NCBI GenBank assembly: GCA_030390025.1
Contig: JASTWF010000033.1
Location: forward strand, 5,582,001 to 5,646,000
Length of the DNA: 64,000 bases
Reading direction: 5' to 3'
Source: Squalus acanthias
Taxonomy: Eukaryota
In this document: in pieces, positions 50,901-64,000 of the stretch
How positions within the stretch are numbered: the first letter of the stretch is position 1
How the letters are laid out: each line of letters starts with the position of its first letter
Notes under the pieces: model-generated
Told to the model about the DNA's origin: nothing
Seen by the model: only the letters and a program-made list of their open reading frames with translations
Databases searched by the model: none
Position numbers and translations under genes: made by a program

Positions 50901-53900
50901 CTCCATTCACAGACCCAGACAGCCCATTCACAGACACAGATATCTCCATTCACAGACCCAAACAGCTCCATTCACAGACTCTGACAGCTCCATTCACAGA
51001 CAGAGACAGCTCCATTCACAGACCCAGACAGCTCCATTTACAGACCCAGACAGCTCCATTTACAGACCCAAACAGCTCCATTCACAGACCAAAACAGCTC
51101 CATTTAAAGACCCAGACAGCTCCATTTACAGACACAGACAGCTCCATTTACAGACCCAGACAGCTCCATTTACAGACTCTGACAGCTCAATTCACAGACA
51201 AAGACAGCTCCATTCACAGAAACAGACAGCTCCATTCACAGACCCAGACAGCTCCATTTACAGACTCTGACAGCTCAATTCACAGACACAGACAGCTCCA
51301 TTCACAGACCCAGACAGCTCCATTCACACACCCAGACAGCTCAATTTACACACTCAGACAGCTCCATTCAAAGACCCAGACAGCTCCATTCACAGACCCA
51401 GACAGCTCCATTTACAGACTCTGACAGCTCAATTCACAGACACAGACAGCTCCATTCACAGACTCAGACAGCTCCATTCACAGACCCAGACAGCTCCATT
51501 TACAGACTCTGACAGCTCAATTCACAGACACAGACAGCTCCATTCACAGAAAGAGACAGCTCCATTCACAGACCAAGACAGCTCCATTTACAGACTCTGA
51601 CAGCTCAATTCACAGACACAGACAGCTCCATTCAAAGACACAGACAGCTCATTTCATCGACCAAGACAGCTCCATTTACAGACTCTGACAGCTCAATTCA
51701 CAGACACAGACAGCTCCATTCAAAGACACAGACAGCTCCATTCACGGACCCAGACAGCACATTTCACAGACGCAGAAAGCATATTTCACTGAACCAGAGA
51801 GCTCCATTCACAGAGTCAGACAGCTCCATTTACAGACCCAGACAGCTCCATTGAAGATAGTTCTTCGACCTGAAACGTTAACTCTGTTTCTCTCTCCACG
51901 GATTGTGCCTGGCCCGACGAGTTTTCCAGCGTTTTCTGTTGTTAGATTCATTCACAGATTCAGACAGCTCCATTCACAGACTCAGAAAGTTCATTTGAGA
52001 CCTAGATAGCACCATTCACAGACACAGACAGTTGCATTCACAGACCCAGACAGTTCTATTCACAGACCCAGACAGCTCCATTCAGAGACTCAGACAGCTC
52101 CATTCACAGATCCAGACAGCTCCATTCACAAACACAGACAGTTCCATTCAGAAACTCAGACAGCTCCATTCACAGACCAAGACAGCTTCATTCATAGACC
52201 CAGACAGATCAATTCACAGACTCAGACAGCTCAATTCACAGACTCAGACAGCTCCATTCACAGAAACAGATAGCAACATTCACAGACATGGAAAGCTGAT
52301 TTGAAATAAACAGACAGCTCATTTCACGAACAGATTCAGACAATTCATTTGACAGACCCAGACATCTCCATTCAGAGACTCAGAAAGCTCATTTCAGACA
52401 CTCAGACATCTCCATTCAAAGATCCAGACGGCTGACTTCAAAGACTCTGAAAGCTCAGGTCACAGACCCAGACAGCTCCATTAACAACGTCAGACAGCTC
52501 TATTCACAGACCCATACAACTCCATTTTCAGACCCAGACAGCACATTTCCCAGACCCAGACAGTTCAGTCACAGACACAGACAGTTCCATTCACAGATCC
52601 AGACAGCTCCATTCACAGACCCAGACAGCTCCATTCACATACCTAGACAGCTCATTCACCGACACAGATAGCTCCATTCACAGACCCAAACAGCACCATT
52701 CACAGACACAGACAGCTCCATTCACAGATCCAGACAACTCCATTCACAGAACCAGACTGCTCCATTCACAGACCCAGACAGCTCCATTCACAGACACAGA
52801 CAGCTCCATTCACAGACCCAGACAGCTCCATTCACAGACCCAAACAGCTCCATTCACAGACACAGACAGCTCCATTCACAGACCCAGACAGCTCCATTTA
52901 AAGACTCAGACAGCTTCAGTCACAGACCCAGACAACTCCATTCACAGACTCAGACAGCTCCATTCACAGACCAAGACAGCTCATTCACAGACCCAGACAG
53001 CTCCATTCACAGACACAGACAGCTCCATTCACAGACAAAGACAGCTCATTTACAGACACAGACAGCTCCATTTACAGACCCAGACAGCTCCATTTGCAGA
53101 CACTGACAAATCAATTCACAGACACAGACAGCTACATTCAGAGACCCAGACAGCTCCATTTACAGACTCCGGCAGCTCCATTCACAGACCCAAACAGCTC
53201 ATTTCACAGACCCAGACAGCTCCATTTACAGACCCAGACAGCTCCATTTACGATAGGTCTTCGACCTGAAACGTTAACTCTGTTTCTCTCTCCACGGATT
53301 GTGCCTGGCCTGCAGAGTTTTCCAGCGTTTTCTGTTGTTAGATTCATTCACAGATTCAGACAGCTCCATTCACAGACTCAGAAAGTTCATTTCAGAGACC
53401 TAGATAAAACAATTCACAGACACAGACAGTTCCATTCAGAGACCCAGACAGCTCCATTCACAGACTCCGAAATTTCATTTCACAGATCCAGACAGCTCCA
53501 TTCACAGACCCAGACAGATCCATTCACAGACTCAGACAGCTCAATTCACAGACCCAGACAACTCCATTCACAAACCCAGACAGCTCCATTTACAGACATG
53601 GAAAGCTGATTTGAAAATAACAGACAGCTCATTTCACGAAGAGATTCAGACAATTCATTTGACAGACCAAGACATCTCCATTCAGAGACTCAGTAAGCTC
53701 ATTTCAGACACTCAGACAGCTCCATTCAAAGATCCAGACGGCTGACTTCAAAGACTCTGAAAGCTCAGGTCACAGACCCAGACAGCTCCATTAACAACGT
53801 CAGACAGCTCTATTCACAGACCCAGACAACTCCATTTTCAGACCCAGACAGCACATTTCCCAGACCCAGACAGCTCATTCACAGACACAGACAGTTCCAT

Positions 53901-55420
53901 TCATAGATCCAGAGAGCTCCATTTACAGACTCAGACAGCTCCATTCACAGACCCAGACAGCTCCATTCACAGACCCAGACAGCTCCATTCACAGACCCAG
54001 ACAGCTCCATTCACAGACCCAGACAGCTCCATTCACAGACTCAGAGAGCTCCATTCACAGACTCAGACAGCTCCATTCACAGACCCAGACAGCTCCATTT
54101 ACAAACTCTGACAGCTCAATTCACAGACACAGACAGCTCCATTCACAGACTCAGACAGCTTCATTCACAGACCCAGGCAGCTGATTTCACAGATCCAGAC
54201 AGCACATTTCACAGATCCAGACCTCTCCATTCAAAGACACAGACAGCTCATTTCATCGACCAAGACAGCTCGATTTTCAGAACCAGACAGCTCCATTGAC
54301 GAGAGTTCTTCGACCTGAAAGGTGAACTCTGTTTCTCTCTCCACGGATTGTGCCTGGCCTGCAGAGTTTTCCAGCGTTTTCTGTTGTTAGATTCATTCAC
54401 AGTTTCAGACAGCTACATTCACAGACTCAGAAAGTTCATTTCAGAGACCTAGATAGCACCATTCACAGACACAGACAGTTCCATTCACAGACACAGACAG
54501 TTCCATTCACAGACTCCGAAAGTTCATTTCACAGATCCAGACAGCTCCATTCACAGACCCAGACAGATCCATTCACAGACTCAGACAGCTCAATTCACAG
54601 ACCCAGACAACTCCATTCACAAACCCAGACAGCTCCATTTACAGACATGGAAAGCTGATTTGAAAATAACAGACAGCTCATTTCACGAAGAGATTCAGAC
54701 AATTCATTTGACAGACCAAGACATCTGCATTCAGAGACTCAGTAAGCTCATTTCAGACACTCAGACAGCTCCATTCAAAGATCCAGACGGCTGACTTCAA
54801 AGACTCTGAAAGCTCAGGTCACAGACCCAGACAGCTCCATTAACAACGTCAGACAGCTCTATTCACAGACCCAGACAACTCCATTTTCAGACCCAGACAG
54901 CACATTTCCCAGACCCAGACAGCTCATTCACAGACACAGACAGTTCCATTCATAGATCCAGAGAGCTCCATTTACAGACTCAGACAGCTCCATTCACAGA
55001 CCCAGACAGCTCCATTCACAGACCCAGACAGCTCCATTCACAGACCCAGACAGCTCCATTCACAGACCCAGACAGCTCCATTCACAGACCCAGACAGCTC
55101 CATTCACAGACCCAGACAGCTCCATTCACAGACAAAGACAGCTCCATTCACAGACTCAGACAGCTCCATTCACAGACCCAGACAGCTCCATTTACAGACT
55201 CTGACAGCTGATTTCACAGACCCAGACAGCACATTTCACAGATCCAGACCTCTCCATTCAAAGACACAGACAGCTCATTTCATCGACCAAGACAGCTCCA
55301 TTTTCAGAACCAGACAGCTCCATTGACGAGAGTTCTTCGACCTGAAAGGTGAACTCTGTTTCTCTCTCCACGGATTGTGCCTGGCCTGCAGAGTTTTCCA
55401 GCGTTTTCTGTTGTTAGATT
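36033..55420 (+). mobile_element. Ten copies of a 100-bp Penelope-terminus fragment embedded in the satellite (about 36033, 38618, 41093, 43730, 44466, 49288, 51851, 53250, 54296, 55323)
   Basis: GACCTGAAACGTTAACTCTGTTTCTCTCTCCACGGATTGTGCCTGGCCCGCTGAGTTTTCC matches the reverse complement of 16675-16740. Confidence 0.88.
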
Positions 55421-58400
55421 CATTCACAGTTTCAGACAGCTACAATCACAGACTCAGAAAGTTCATTTCAGAGACCTAGATAGCACCATTCACAGACACA
55501 GACAGTTCCATTCACAGACACAGACAGTCCATTCACAGACTCCGAAAGTTCATTTAACAGATCAAGACAGCTCCATTCACAGACACAGACAGATCCATTC
55601 ACAGACTCAGACAGCTCCATTCACAGACCCAGACAACTCCATTCACAAACCCAGACATCTCCATTTACAGACCCAGACAGCTGCATTTATAGACTCAGAC
55701 AGCTCAATTCACAGACACAGACAGCTGCATTCACAACCCAGACCACTCCATTTACAGACTCTCACAGCTCCATTCACAGACCCAGACAGCTCCATTCACA
55801 GACACAGATAGCTCCATTCACAGACACAGACAGCTCCATTCACAGACCCAGACAGCTCATTCACAGACACAGACAGTTCCATTCACAGATCCAGACAGCT
55901 CCATTCACAGACACAGACAGCTCCATTCAAAGACCCAAACAGCTTCATTAACAGACGCAGACAACTCCATTTACAGACTCTGACAGCTCAATTCACAGAC
56001 ACAGACATCTCCATTCAGAGACCCAGACAGCTCCATTTACAGACTCTCGCAGCTCCATTCACAGACCCAGAGAGCTCTTATTACAGACACAGACAGCTCC
56101 ATTCACAGACCCAGACAGCTCCATTTACAGACTCAGACAGCTCCATTCTCAGACCCAGACAGCACCATTACCAGACTCTGACAGCTCAATTCACAGACAC
56201 AGACAGCTCCATTCAGAGACCCAGACAGCTCCACTTACAGACTCACGCAGCTCCATTCACAGACTCTCGCAGCTCCATTCACAGACCCAGACAGCTCTGT
56301 TTACAGACTCAGACAGCTCCATTCACAGACCCAGACAGCTCCATCCACAGACCCAGACAGCTCCATTCACAGACCCAGACAGCTCCATTCACAGAACTAG
56401 ACATCTCCATTCACAGACTCAGACAGCTCCATTCACAGACACAGATAGCTCCATTCACAGACCCTGACATCTGCATTCACAGACTCAGACAGCTCCATTC
56501 ACAGACCCAGACAGCTCCATTTACAGACACTGACAACTCCATTCACAGAAACAGACAGCTCCATTTACAGACTCTTGCAGCTCCATTCACAGACATAGAC
56601 AGCTCCATTCACAGACCTAGACAGCTTCTTTCACAGACCCAGACAGCTCCATTCACAGACCGTGTCAACTCCATTCACAGACACTGGCAGCTCCATTCAC
56701 AGACTCAGACAGCTCCATTCACAGACCCAAACAGCTCCATTTACAGACCCAGACAGCTCCATTCACAGACCCAGACAGCTCCATTCACAGACCGAAACAG
56801 CTCCATTTACAGACCCAGACAGCTCCATTTACAGATTCAGAAAGTTCATTTCAGAGACCTAGATAGCACCATTCTCAGACACAGACAGTTCCATTCAGAG
56901 ACTCAGACAGCTCCATTCGCAGACTCCGAAAGTTTATTTCACAGATCCAGACAGCTCCATTCACGGACACAGACAGATACATTCACAGACCCAGACCCCT
57001 CCATTCAGAGACCCAGACAGCTCCATTCACAGACCCAGACAGTTCCATTCACAGACTCAGAGAGCTCCATTCACAGACCCAGAGAGCTCCATTCACAGAC
57101 CCAGACAGCTCCATTCACAGACACAGACAGCTCAATTCAAAGACTCAGTCAGCTCCATTCACAGACCCAGACAGCTCCATTCACAGACCCAGACAGTTCC
57201 ATTCACAGACTCAGAGAGCTCCATTCACAGACCCAGAGAGCTCCATTCACAGACCCAGATAGCTCCATTCACAGACTCAGACTGCTCCATTCACAGACTC
57301 AGACAGCTCCATTAACAACGTCAGACAGCTCTATTCACAGACCCAGACAACTCCATTTTCAGACCCAGAAAGCACATTTCAGAGATCCAGACAGCTCATT
57401 CACAGACACAGACAGTTCCATTCACAGATCCAGACAGCTCCATTTACAGACTCAGACAGCTCCATTCACAGACCCAGACAGCTCCATCCACAGACCCAGA
57501 CAGCTCATTCACAGACACAGATAGCTCCATTCACAGACACAGACAGTTCCATTCACAGATCCAGACAGCTCCATTCACAGAACCAGACAGCTCCATTCAC
57601 AGACCCAGACAGCTCATTCACAGACACAGATAGCTCCATTCACAGACACAGAGAGCTCCATTCACAGACCCAGACAGCTCATTCACAGACACAGACAGTT
57701 CCATTCACAGATCCAGACAGCTCCATTCACAGACACAGACAGCTCCATTCAAAGACCCAAACAGCTCCATTAACAGACGCAGACAACTCCATTTACAGAC
57801 TCTGACAGCTCAATTCACAGACACAGACATCTCCATTCAGAGACCCAGACAGCTCCATTTACAGACTCTCGCAGCTCCATTCACAGACCCAGACAGCTCT
57901 TATTACAGACACAGACAGCTCCATTCACAGACCCAGACAGCTCCATTCACAGACTCAGACAGCTCCATTCTCAGACCCAGACAGCTCCATTACCAGACTC
58001 TGACAGCTCAATTCACAGACACAGACAGCTCCATTCAGAGACCCAGACAGCTCCACTTACACACTCACGCAGCTCCATTCACAGACTCTCGCAGCTCCAT
58101 TCACAGACCCAGACAGCTCTATTTACAGACTCAGACAGCTCCATTCACAGACACAGACAGCTCCATCCACAGACCCAGACAGCTCCATTCACAGACCCAG
58201 ACAGCTCCATTCACAGAACCAGACATCTCCATTTACAGACCCAGACAGCTCCATTTACAGACTCAGACAGCTCCATTCACAGACCCAGACAGCTCCATTC
58301 ACAGACCGAAACAGCTCCATTTACAGACCCAGACAGCTCCATTTACAGACTCAGAAAGTTCATTTCAGAGACCTAGATAGCACCATTCTCAGATACAGAC

Positions 58401-61400
58401 AGTTCCATTCAGAGACTCCGAAAGTTTGTTTCACAGATCCAGACAGCTCCATTCACGGACCCAGACAGATCCATTCACAGACCCAGACCCCTCCATTCAG
58501 AGACCCAGACAGCTCCATTCACAGACCCAGACAGTTCCATTCACAGACTCAGAGAGCTCCATTCACAGACCCAGAGAGCTCCATTCACAGACCCAGACAG
58601 CTCCATTCACAGACACAGACAGCTCCATTCAAAGACTCAGTCAGCTCCATTCACAGACCCAGACAGTTCCATTCAGAGACCCAGACAGCTCCATTCACAG
58701 ACCCAGATAGCTCCATTCACAGACTCAGACAGCTCCTTTCACAGACCCAGACAGATCCATTCACAGACTCAGGCAGCAACATTCACAGACATGGAAAGCT
58801 AATTTGAAAAAAACAGACAGCTCATTTCACGAACAGATTCAGACAATTCATTTGACAGACCCAGACATCTCCATTCAGAAACTCAAAAAGCTCATTTCAG
58901 ACACTCAGACAGCTCCATTCAAAGAGCCAGAAGGCTGACTTCAAAGACTCTGAAAGCTCAGGTCACGGACCCAGACAGCTCCATTAACAACGTCAGACAG
59001 CTCTATTCACAGACCCAGACAACTCCATTTTCAGACCCAGAAAGCACATTTCAGAGATCCAGACAGCTCATTCACAGACACAGACAGTTCCATTCACAGA
59101 TCCAGACAGCTCCATTTACAGACTCAGACAGCTCCATTCACAGACCCAGACAGCTCCATCCACAGACCCAGACAGCTCATTCACAGACACAGATAGCTCC
59201 ATTCACAGACACAGACAGTTCCATTCACAGATCCAGACAGCTCCATTCACAGAACCAGACAGCTCCATTCACAGACCCAGACAGCTCATTCACAGACACA
59301 GATAGCTCCATTCACAGACACAGACAGCTCCATTCACAGACCCAGACAGCTCATTCACAGACACAGACAGTTCCATTCACAGATCCAGACAGCTCCATTC
59401 ACAGACACAGACAGCTCCATTCAAAGACCCAAACAGCTCCATTAACAGACGCAGACAACTCCATTTACAGACTCTGACAGCTCAATTCACAGACACAGAC
59501 ATCTCCATTCAGAGACCCAGACAGCTCCATTTACAGACTCTCGCAGCTCCATTCACAGACCCAGACAGCTCTTATTACAGACACAGACAGCTCCATTCAC
59601 AGACCCAGACAGCTCCATTCACAGACTCAGACAGCTCCATTCTCAGACCCAGACAGCTCCATTACCAGACTCTGACAGCTCAATTCACAGACACAGACAG
59701 CTCCATTCAGAGACCCAGACAGCTCCACTGACAGACTCACGCAGCTCCATTCACAGACTCTCGCAGCTGCATTCACAGACCCAGACAGCTCTATTTACAG
59801 ACTCAGACAGCTCCATTCACAGACCCAGACAGCTCCATTCACAGACCCAGACAGCTCCATTCACAGACCCAGACAGCTCCATTCACAGAACCAGACATCT
59901 CCATTCACAGACTCAGACAGCTCCATTCACAGACACAGATAGCTCCATTCACAGACCCAGACATCTGCATTCACAGACTCAGACAGCTCCATTCACAGAC
60001 CCAGACAGCTCCATTTACAGACCCAGACAACTCCATTCACAGACACAGACAGCTCCATTTACAGACTCTGGCAGCTCCATTCACAGACATAGACAGCTCC
60101 GTTCACAGACCTAGAGAGCTTCTTTTACAGACCCAGACAGCTCCATTCGCAGACCTAGTCAACTCCATTCACAGACACTGGCAGCTTCATTTACAGACTC
60201 AGACAGCTCCATTTACAGACACAGACAGCTCCATTCACAGACTCAAACAGCTCCATTGACAGACTCAAACAGCTCCATTTACAGACCCAGACAGCTCCAT
60301 TTACAGACTCAGACAGCTCCATTCACAGACCCAGACAGCTCCATTCACAGACCGAAACAGCTCCATTTACAGACCCAGACAGCTACATTTACAGACTCAG
60401 AAAGTTCATTTCAGAGACCTAGATAGCACCATTCTCAGACACAGACAGTTCCATTCAGAGACTCCGAAAGTTTATTTCACAGATCCAGACAGCTCCATTC
60501 ACAGACACAGACAGATCCATTCACAGACCCAGACCCCTCCATTCACAGACCCAGACAGCTCCATTCACAGACCCAGACAGCTCCATTCACAGACTCAGAC
60601 ATCTCCATTCACAGACCCAGACAGCTCCATTCACAGACCCAGACAGCTCCATTCACAGACTCAGACAGCTCCATTCACAGACACAGACAGTTCCATTCAC
60701 AGATCCAGACAGCTCCATTCACAGAAACAGACAGCTCCATTCACAGACCCAGACAGCTCATTCACAGACACAGATAGCTCCATTCACAGACTCAGACAGC
60801 TCCATTCACAGACCCAGACAGCTCATTCACAGACACAGACAGTTCCATTCACAGATCCAGACAGCTCCATTCACAGACACAGACAGCTCCAGTCAAAGAC
60901 CCAAACAGCTACATTAACAGACGCAGACAGCTCCATTTACAGACTCTGACAGCTCAATTCACAGACACAGACATCTCCATTCAGAGACCCAGACAGCTCC
61001 ATTTACAGACTCTCGCAGCTCCATTCACAGACCCAGACAGCTCTTATTACAGACACAGACAGCTCCATTCACAGGCCCAGACAGCTCCATTCACAGACTC
61101 AGACAGCTCCATTCTCAGACCCAGACAGCTCCATTACCAGACTCTGACAGCTCAATTCACACGCACAGACAGCTCCATTCAGAGACCCAGACAGCTCCAC
61201 TGACAGACTCTCGCAGCTCCATTCACAGACTCTCGCAGCTCCATTCACAGTCCCAGACAGCTCTATTTACAGACTCAGAGAGCTCCATTCACAGACCCAG
61301 ACAGCTCCATCCACAGACCCAGACAGCTCCATTCACAGACCCAGACAGCTCCATTCACAGAACCAGACATCTCCATTCACAGACTCAGACAGCTCCATTC

Positions 61401-64000
61401 ACAGACACAGATAGCTCCATTCACAGACCCAGACATCTGCATTCACAGACTCAGACAGCTCCATTCACAGACCCAGACAGCTCCATTTACAAACCAGACA
61501 ACTCCATTCACAGACACAGACAGCTCCATTCACAGACTCTGGCAGCTCCATTCACAGACATAGACAGCTCCGTTCACAGACCTAGAGAGCTTCTTTTACA
61601 GACCCAGACAGCTCCATTCGCAGACCTAGTCAACTCCATTCACAGACACTTGCAGCTCCATTTACAGACTCAGACAGCTCCATTCACAGACCCAAACAGC
61701 TCCATTTACAGACCCAAACAGCTCCATTTACAGACACAGACAGCTCCATTCACAGACTCAAACAGCTCCATTGACAGACTCAAACAGCTCCATTTACAGA
61801 CCCAGACAGCTCCAATAACAGACTCAGACAGCTCCATTCACAGACCCAGACAGCTCCATTCACAGACCGATACATCTCCATTTACAGACCCAGACAGCTC
61901 CATTTACAGACTCAGAAAGTTCATTTCAGAGACCTAGATAGCACCATTCACAGACAAAGGCAGTTCCATTCAGAGACTCAGACAGCTCCATTCACAGACT
62001 CCGAAAGTTTATTTCACAGATCCAGACAGCTCCATTCACAGACCGAGACAGATCCATTCACAGACCCAGACCCCTCCATTCACAGACCCAGACAGCTCCA
62101 TTCACAGACCCAGACAGCTCCATTCACAGACCCAGGCAGCTCCATTCACAGACTCAGACAGCTCCATTCACAGACTCAGTCAGCTCCATTCACAGACGCA
62201 GACAGTTCCATTCAGAGAACCAGAGAGCTCCATTCACAGACTCAGACAGCTCTATTCACAGACCCAGACAGTTCCATTCAGAGACCCAGACAGCTCCATT
62301 CACAGACCCAGATCGCTCCATTCACAGACTCAGAGAGCTCCATTCACAGACTCAGACAGCTCCTTTCACAGACCCAGACAGATCCATTCACAGACTCAGG
62401 CAGCAACATTCACAGACATGGAAAGCTAATTTGAAAAAAACAGACAGCTCATTTCACGAACAGATCAGACAATTCATTTGACAGACCCAGACATCTGCAT
62501 TCAGAAACTCAAAAAGCTCATTTCAGACACTCAGACAGCTCCATTCAAAGATCCAGACGGCTGACTTCAAAGACTCTGAAAGCTCAGGTCACAGACCCAG
62601 ACAGCTCCATTAACAAAGTCAGACAGCTCTATTCACAGACCCAGACAGCTCCATTTTCAGACCCAGAAAGCACATTTCACAGATCCAGACAGCTCATTCA
62701 CAGACACAGACTGTTCCATTCACAGATCCAGACAGCTCCATTTACAGACTCAGACAGCTCCATTCACAGACCCAGACAGCTCCATTCACAGACCCAGACA
62801 GCTCATTCACAGACACAGATAGCTCCATTCACAGACACAGACAGTTCCATTCACAGATCCAGACAGCTCCATTCACAGAACCAGACAGCTCCATTCACAG
62901 ACCCAGACAGCTCATTCACAGACACAGACAGTTCCATTCACAGATCCAGACAGCTCCATTCACAGACACAGACAGCTCCATTCAAAGACCCAAACAGCTC
63001 CATTCACAGACCCAGACAGCTCCATTCACAGACCCAGACAGCTCCATTCACAGACTCAGACTGCTCCATTCACAGACTCAGTCAGCTCCATTCACAGACC
63101 CAGACAGTTCCATTCAGAGAACAGAGAGCTCCATTCAGAGACTCAGACAGCTCCATTCACAGACCCAGACCATTCAGACCCAGACAGCTCCATTCACAGA
63201 CCGAGATCGCTCCATTCAGAGACTCAGACAGCTCCATTCACAGACTCAGACATCTCCTTCACAGACCCAGACAGATCCATTCACAGACTCAGGGAGCAAT
63301 GTTCACAGACATGGAAAGCTAATTTGAAAAAACAGACAGCTCATTTCACGAGATTCAGACAATTCATTTGACAGACCCAGACATCTGCATTCAGAAACTC
63401 ATAAAAGCTAATTTCAGACACTCAGACAGCTCCATTTAAAGATCCAGACGGCTGACTTCAAAGACTCTGAAAGCTCAGGTCACTGACCCAGACAGCTCCA
63501 TTAACAAAGTCAGACAGCTCTATTCACAGACCCAGACAACTCCATTTTCAGACCCAGAAAGCACATTTCACAGATCCAGACAGCTCATTCACAGACCCAG
63601 ACAGCTCCATTCACAGACCCAGACAGCTCATTCACAGACACAGATAGCTCCATTCACAGAAACAGACAGTTCCATTCACAGTTCCAGACAGCTCCATTCA
63701 CAGAACCAGACAGCTCCATTCACAGACCCAGACTGCTCATTCACAGACACAGATAGCTCCATTCACAGACTCAGAGAGCTCAATTCACAGACCCAGACAG
63801 CTCATTCACAGACACAGACAGTTCCATTCACAGATCCAGTCAGCTCCATTCACAGACACAGACAGCTCCATTCAAAGACCCAAACAGCTCCATTCACAGA
63901 CCGAGTCAACTCCATTCACAGACACTGGCAGCTCCATTCACAGACTCAGACAGCTCCATTCACAGACCCAAACAGCTCCATTTACAGAACCAAACAGCTC

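Larger units (their letters stand above)
34596..64000. repeat. 22-bp satellite array (CAGACAGCTCCATTCACAGACC), over 29 kb and roughly 1300 monomers, with higher-order duplications; runs off the window end
   Basis: Direct observation; the ORFs cycle through three frames with a 22-aa period (66 bp). Confidence 0.98.

Noticed and set aside
34596..64000. Long ORFs (up to 278 aa) of QTQTAPFTDPDSSIHRPRQLHS repeats, including the recurring MKIVLRPETL ORFs
   Set aside because: They are read-through of a 22-bp monomer lacking stops on +; the period is not a multiple of 3, frames break at random, and the MKIV starts are TTG inside a TE fragment.

Overview
Eukaryotic, repeat-dense vertebrate DNA. The repeat families (CR1 LINEs with an esterase ORF1, L2, Penelope, HE1-type SINE) and the gene types point to a cartilaginous fish such as a shark; this is an inference. 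Two host genes are supported. (1) A 7-finger C2H2 zinc-finger gene on + (CDS 5572-6189) with a CpG-island promoter. (2) An intact two-exon GPR139/GPR142-like class A GPCR on -, whose 67-bp first coding exon (29166-29232) is missing from the ORF track and splices over a 17.1-kb transposon-filled intron to exon 2 (11177-12084), giving 324 aa. The rest of 1-34.6 kb is nested CR1, L2, Penelope, SINE and Tx1-like fragments plus five minisatellites (30, 27, 18, 84 and 18 bp units). From about 34.6 kb to the end is a 22-bp satellite with higher-order duplications. It has captured and amplified two foreign inserts: 10 copies of a Penelope terminus that includes a degenerate minimal hammerhead-ribozyme motif, and 4 copies of a SINE 3' half. 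A better-preserved copy of the same hammerhead motif lies in sense orientation in the GPCR intron. Most ORF-track entries are TE remnants or satellite read-through. Repeat boundaries are approximate and family names come from recognition, not database searches.
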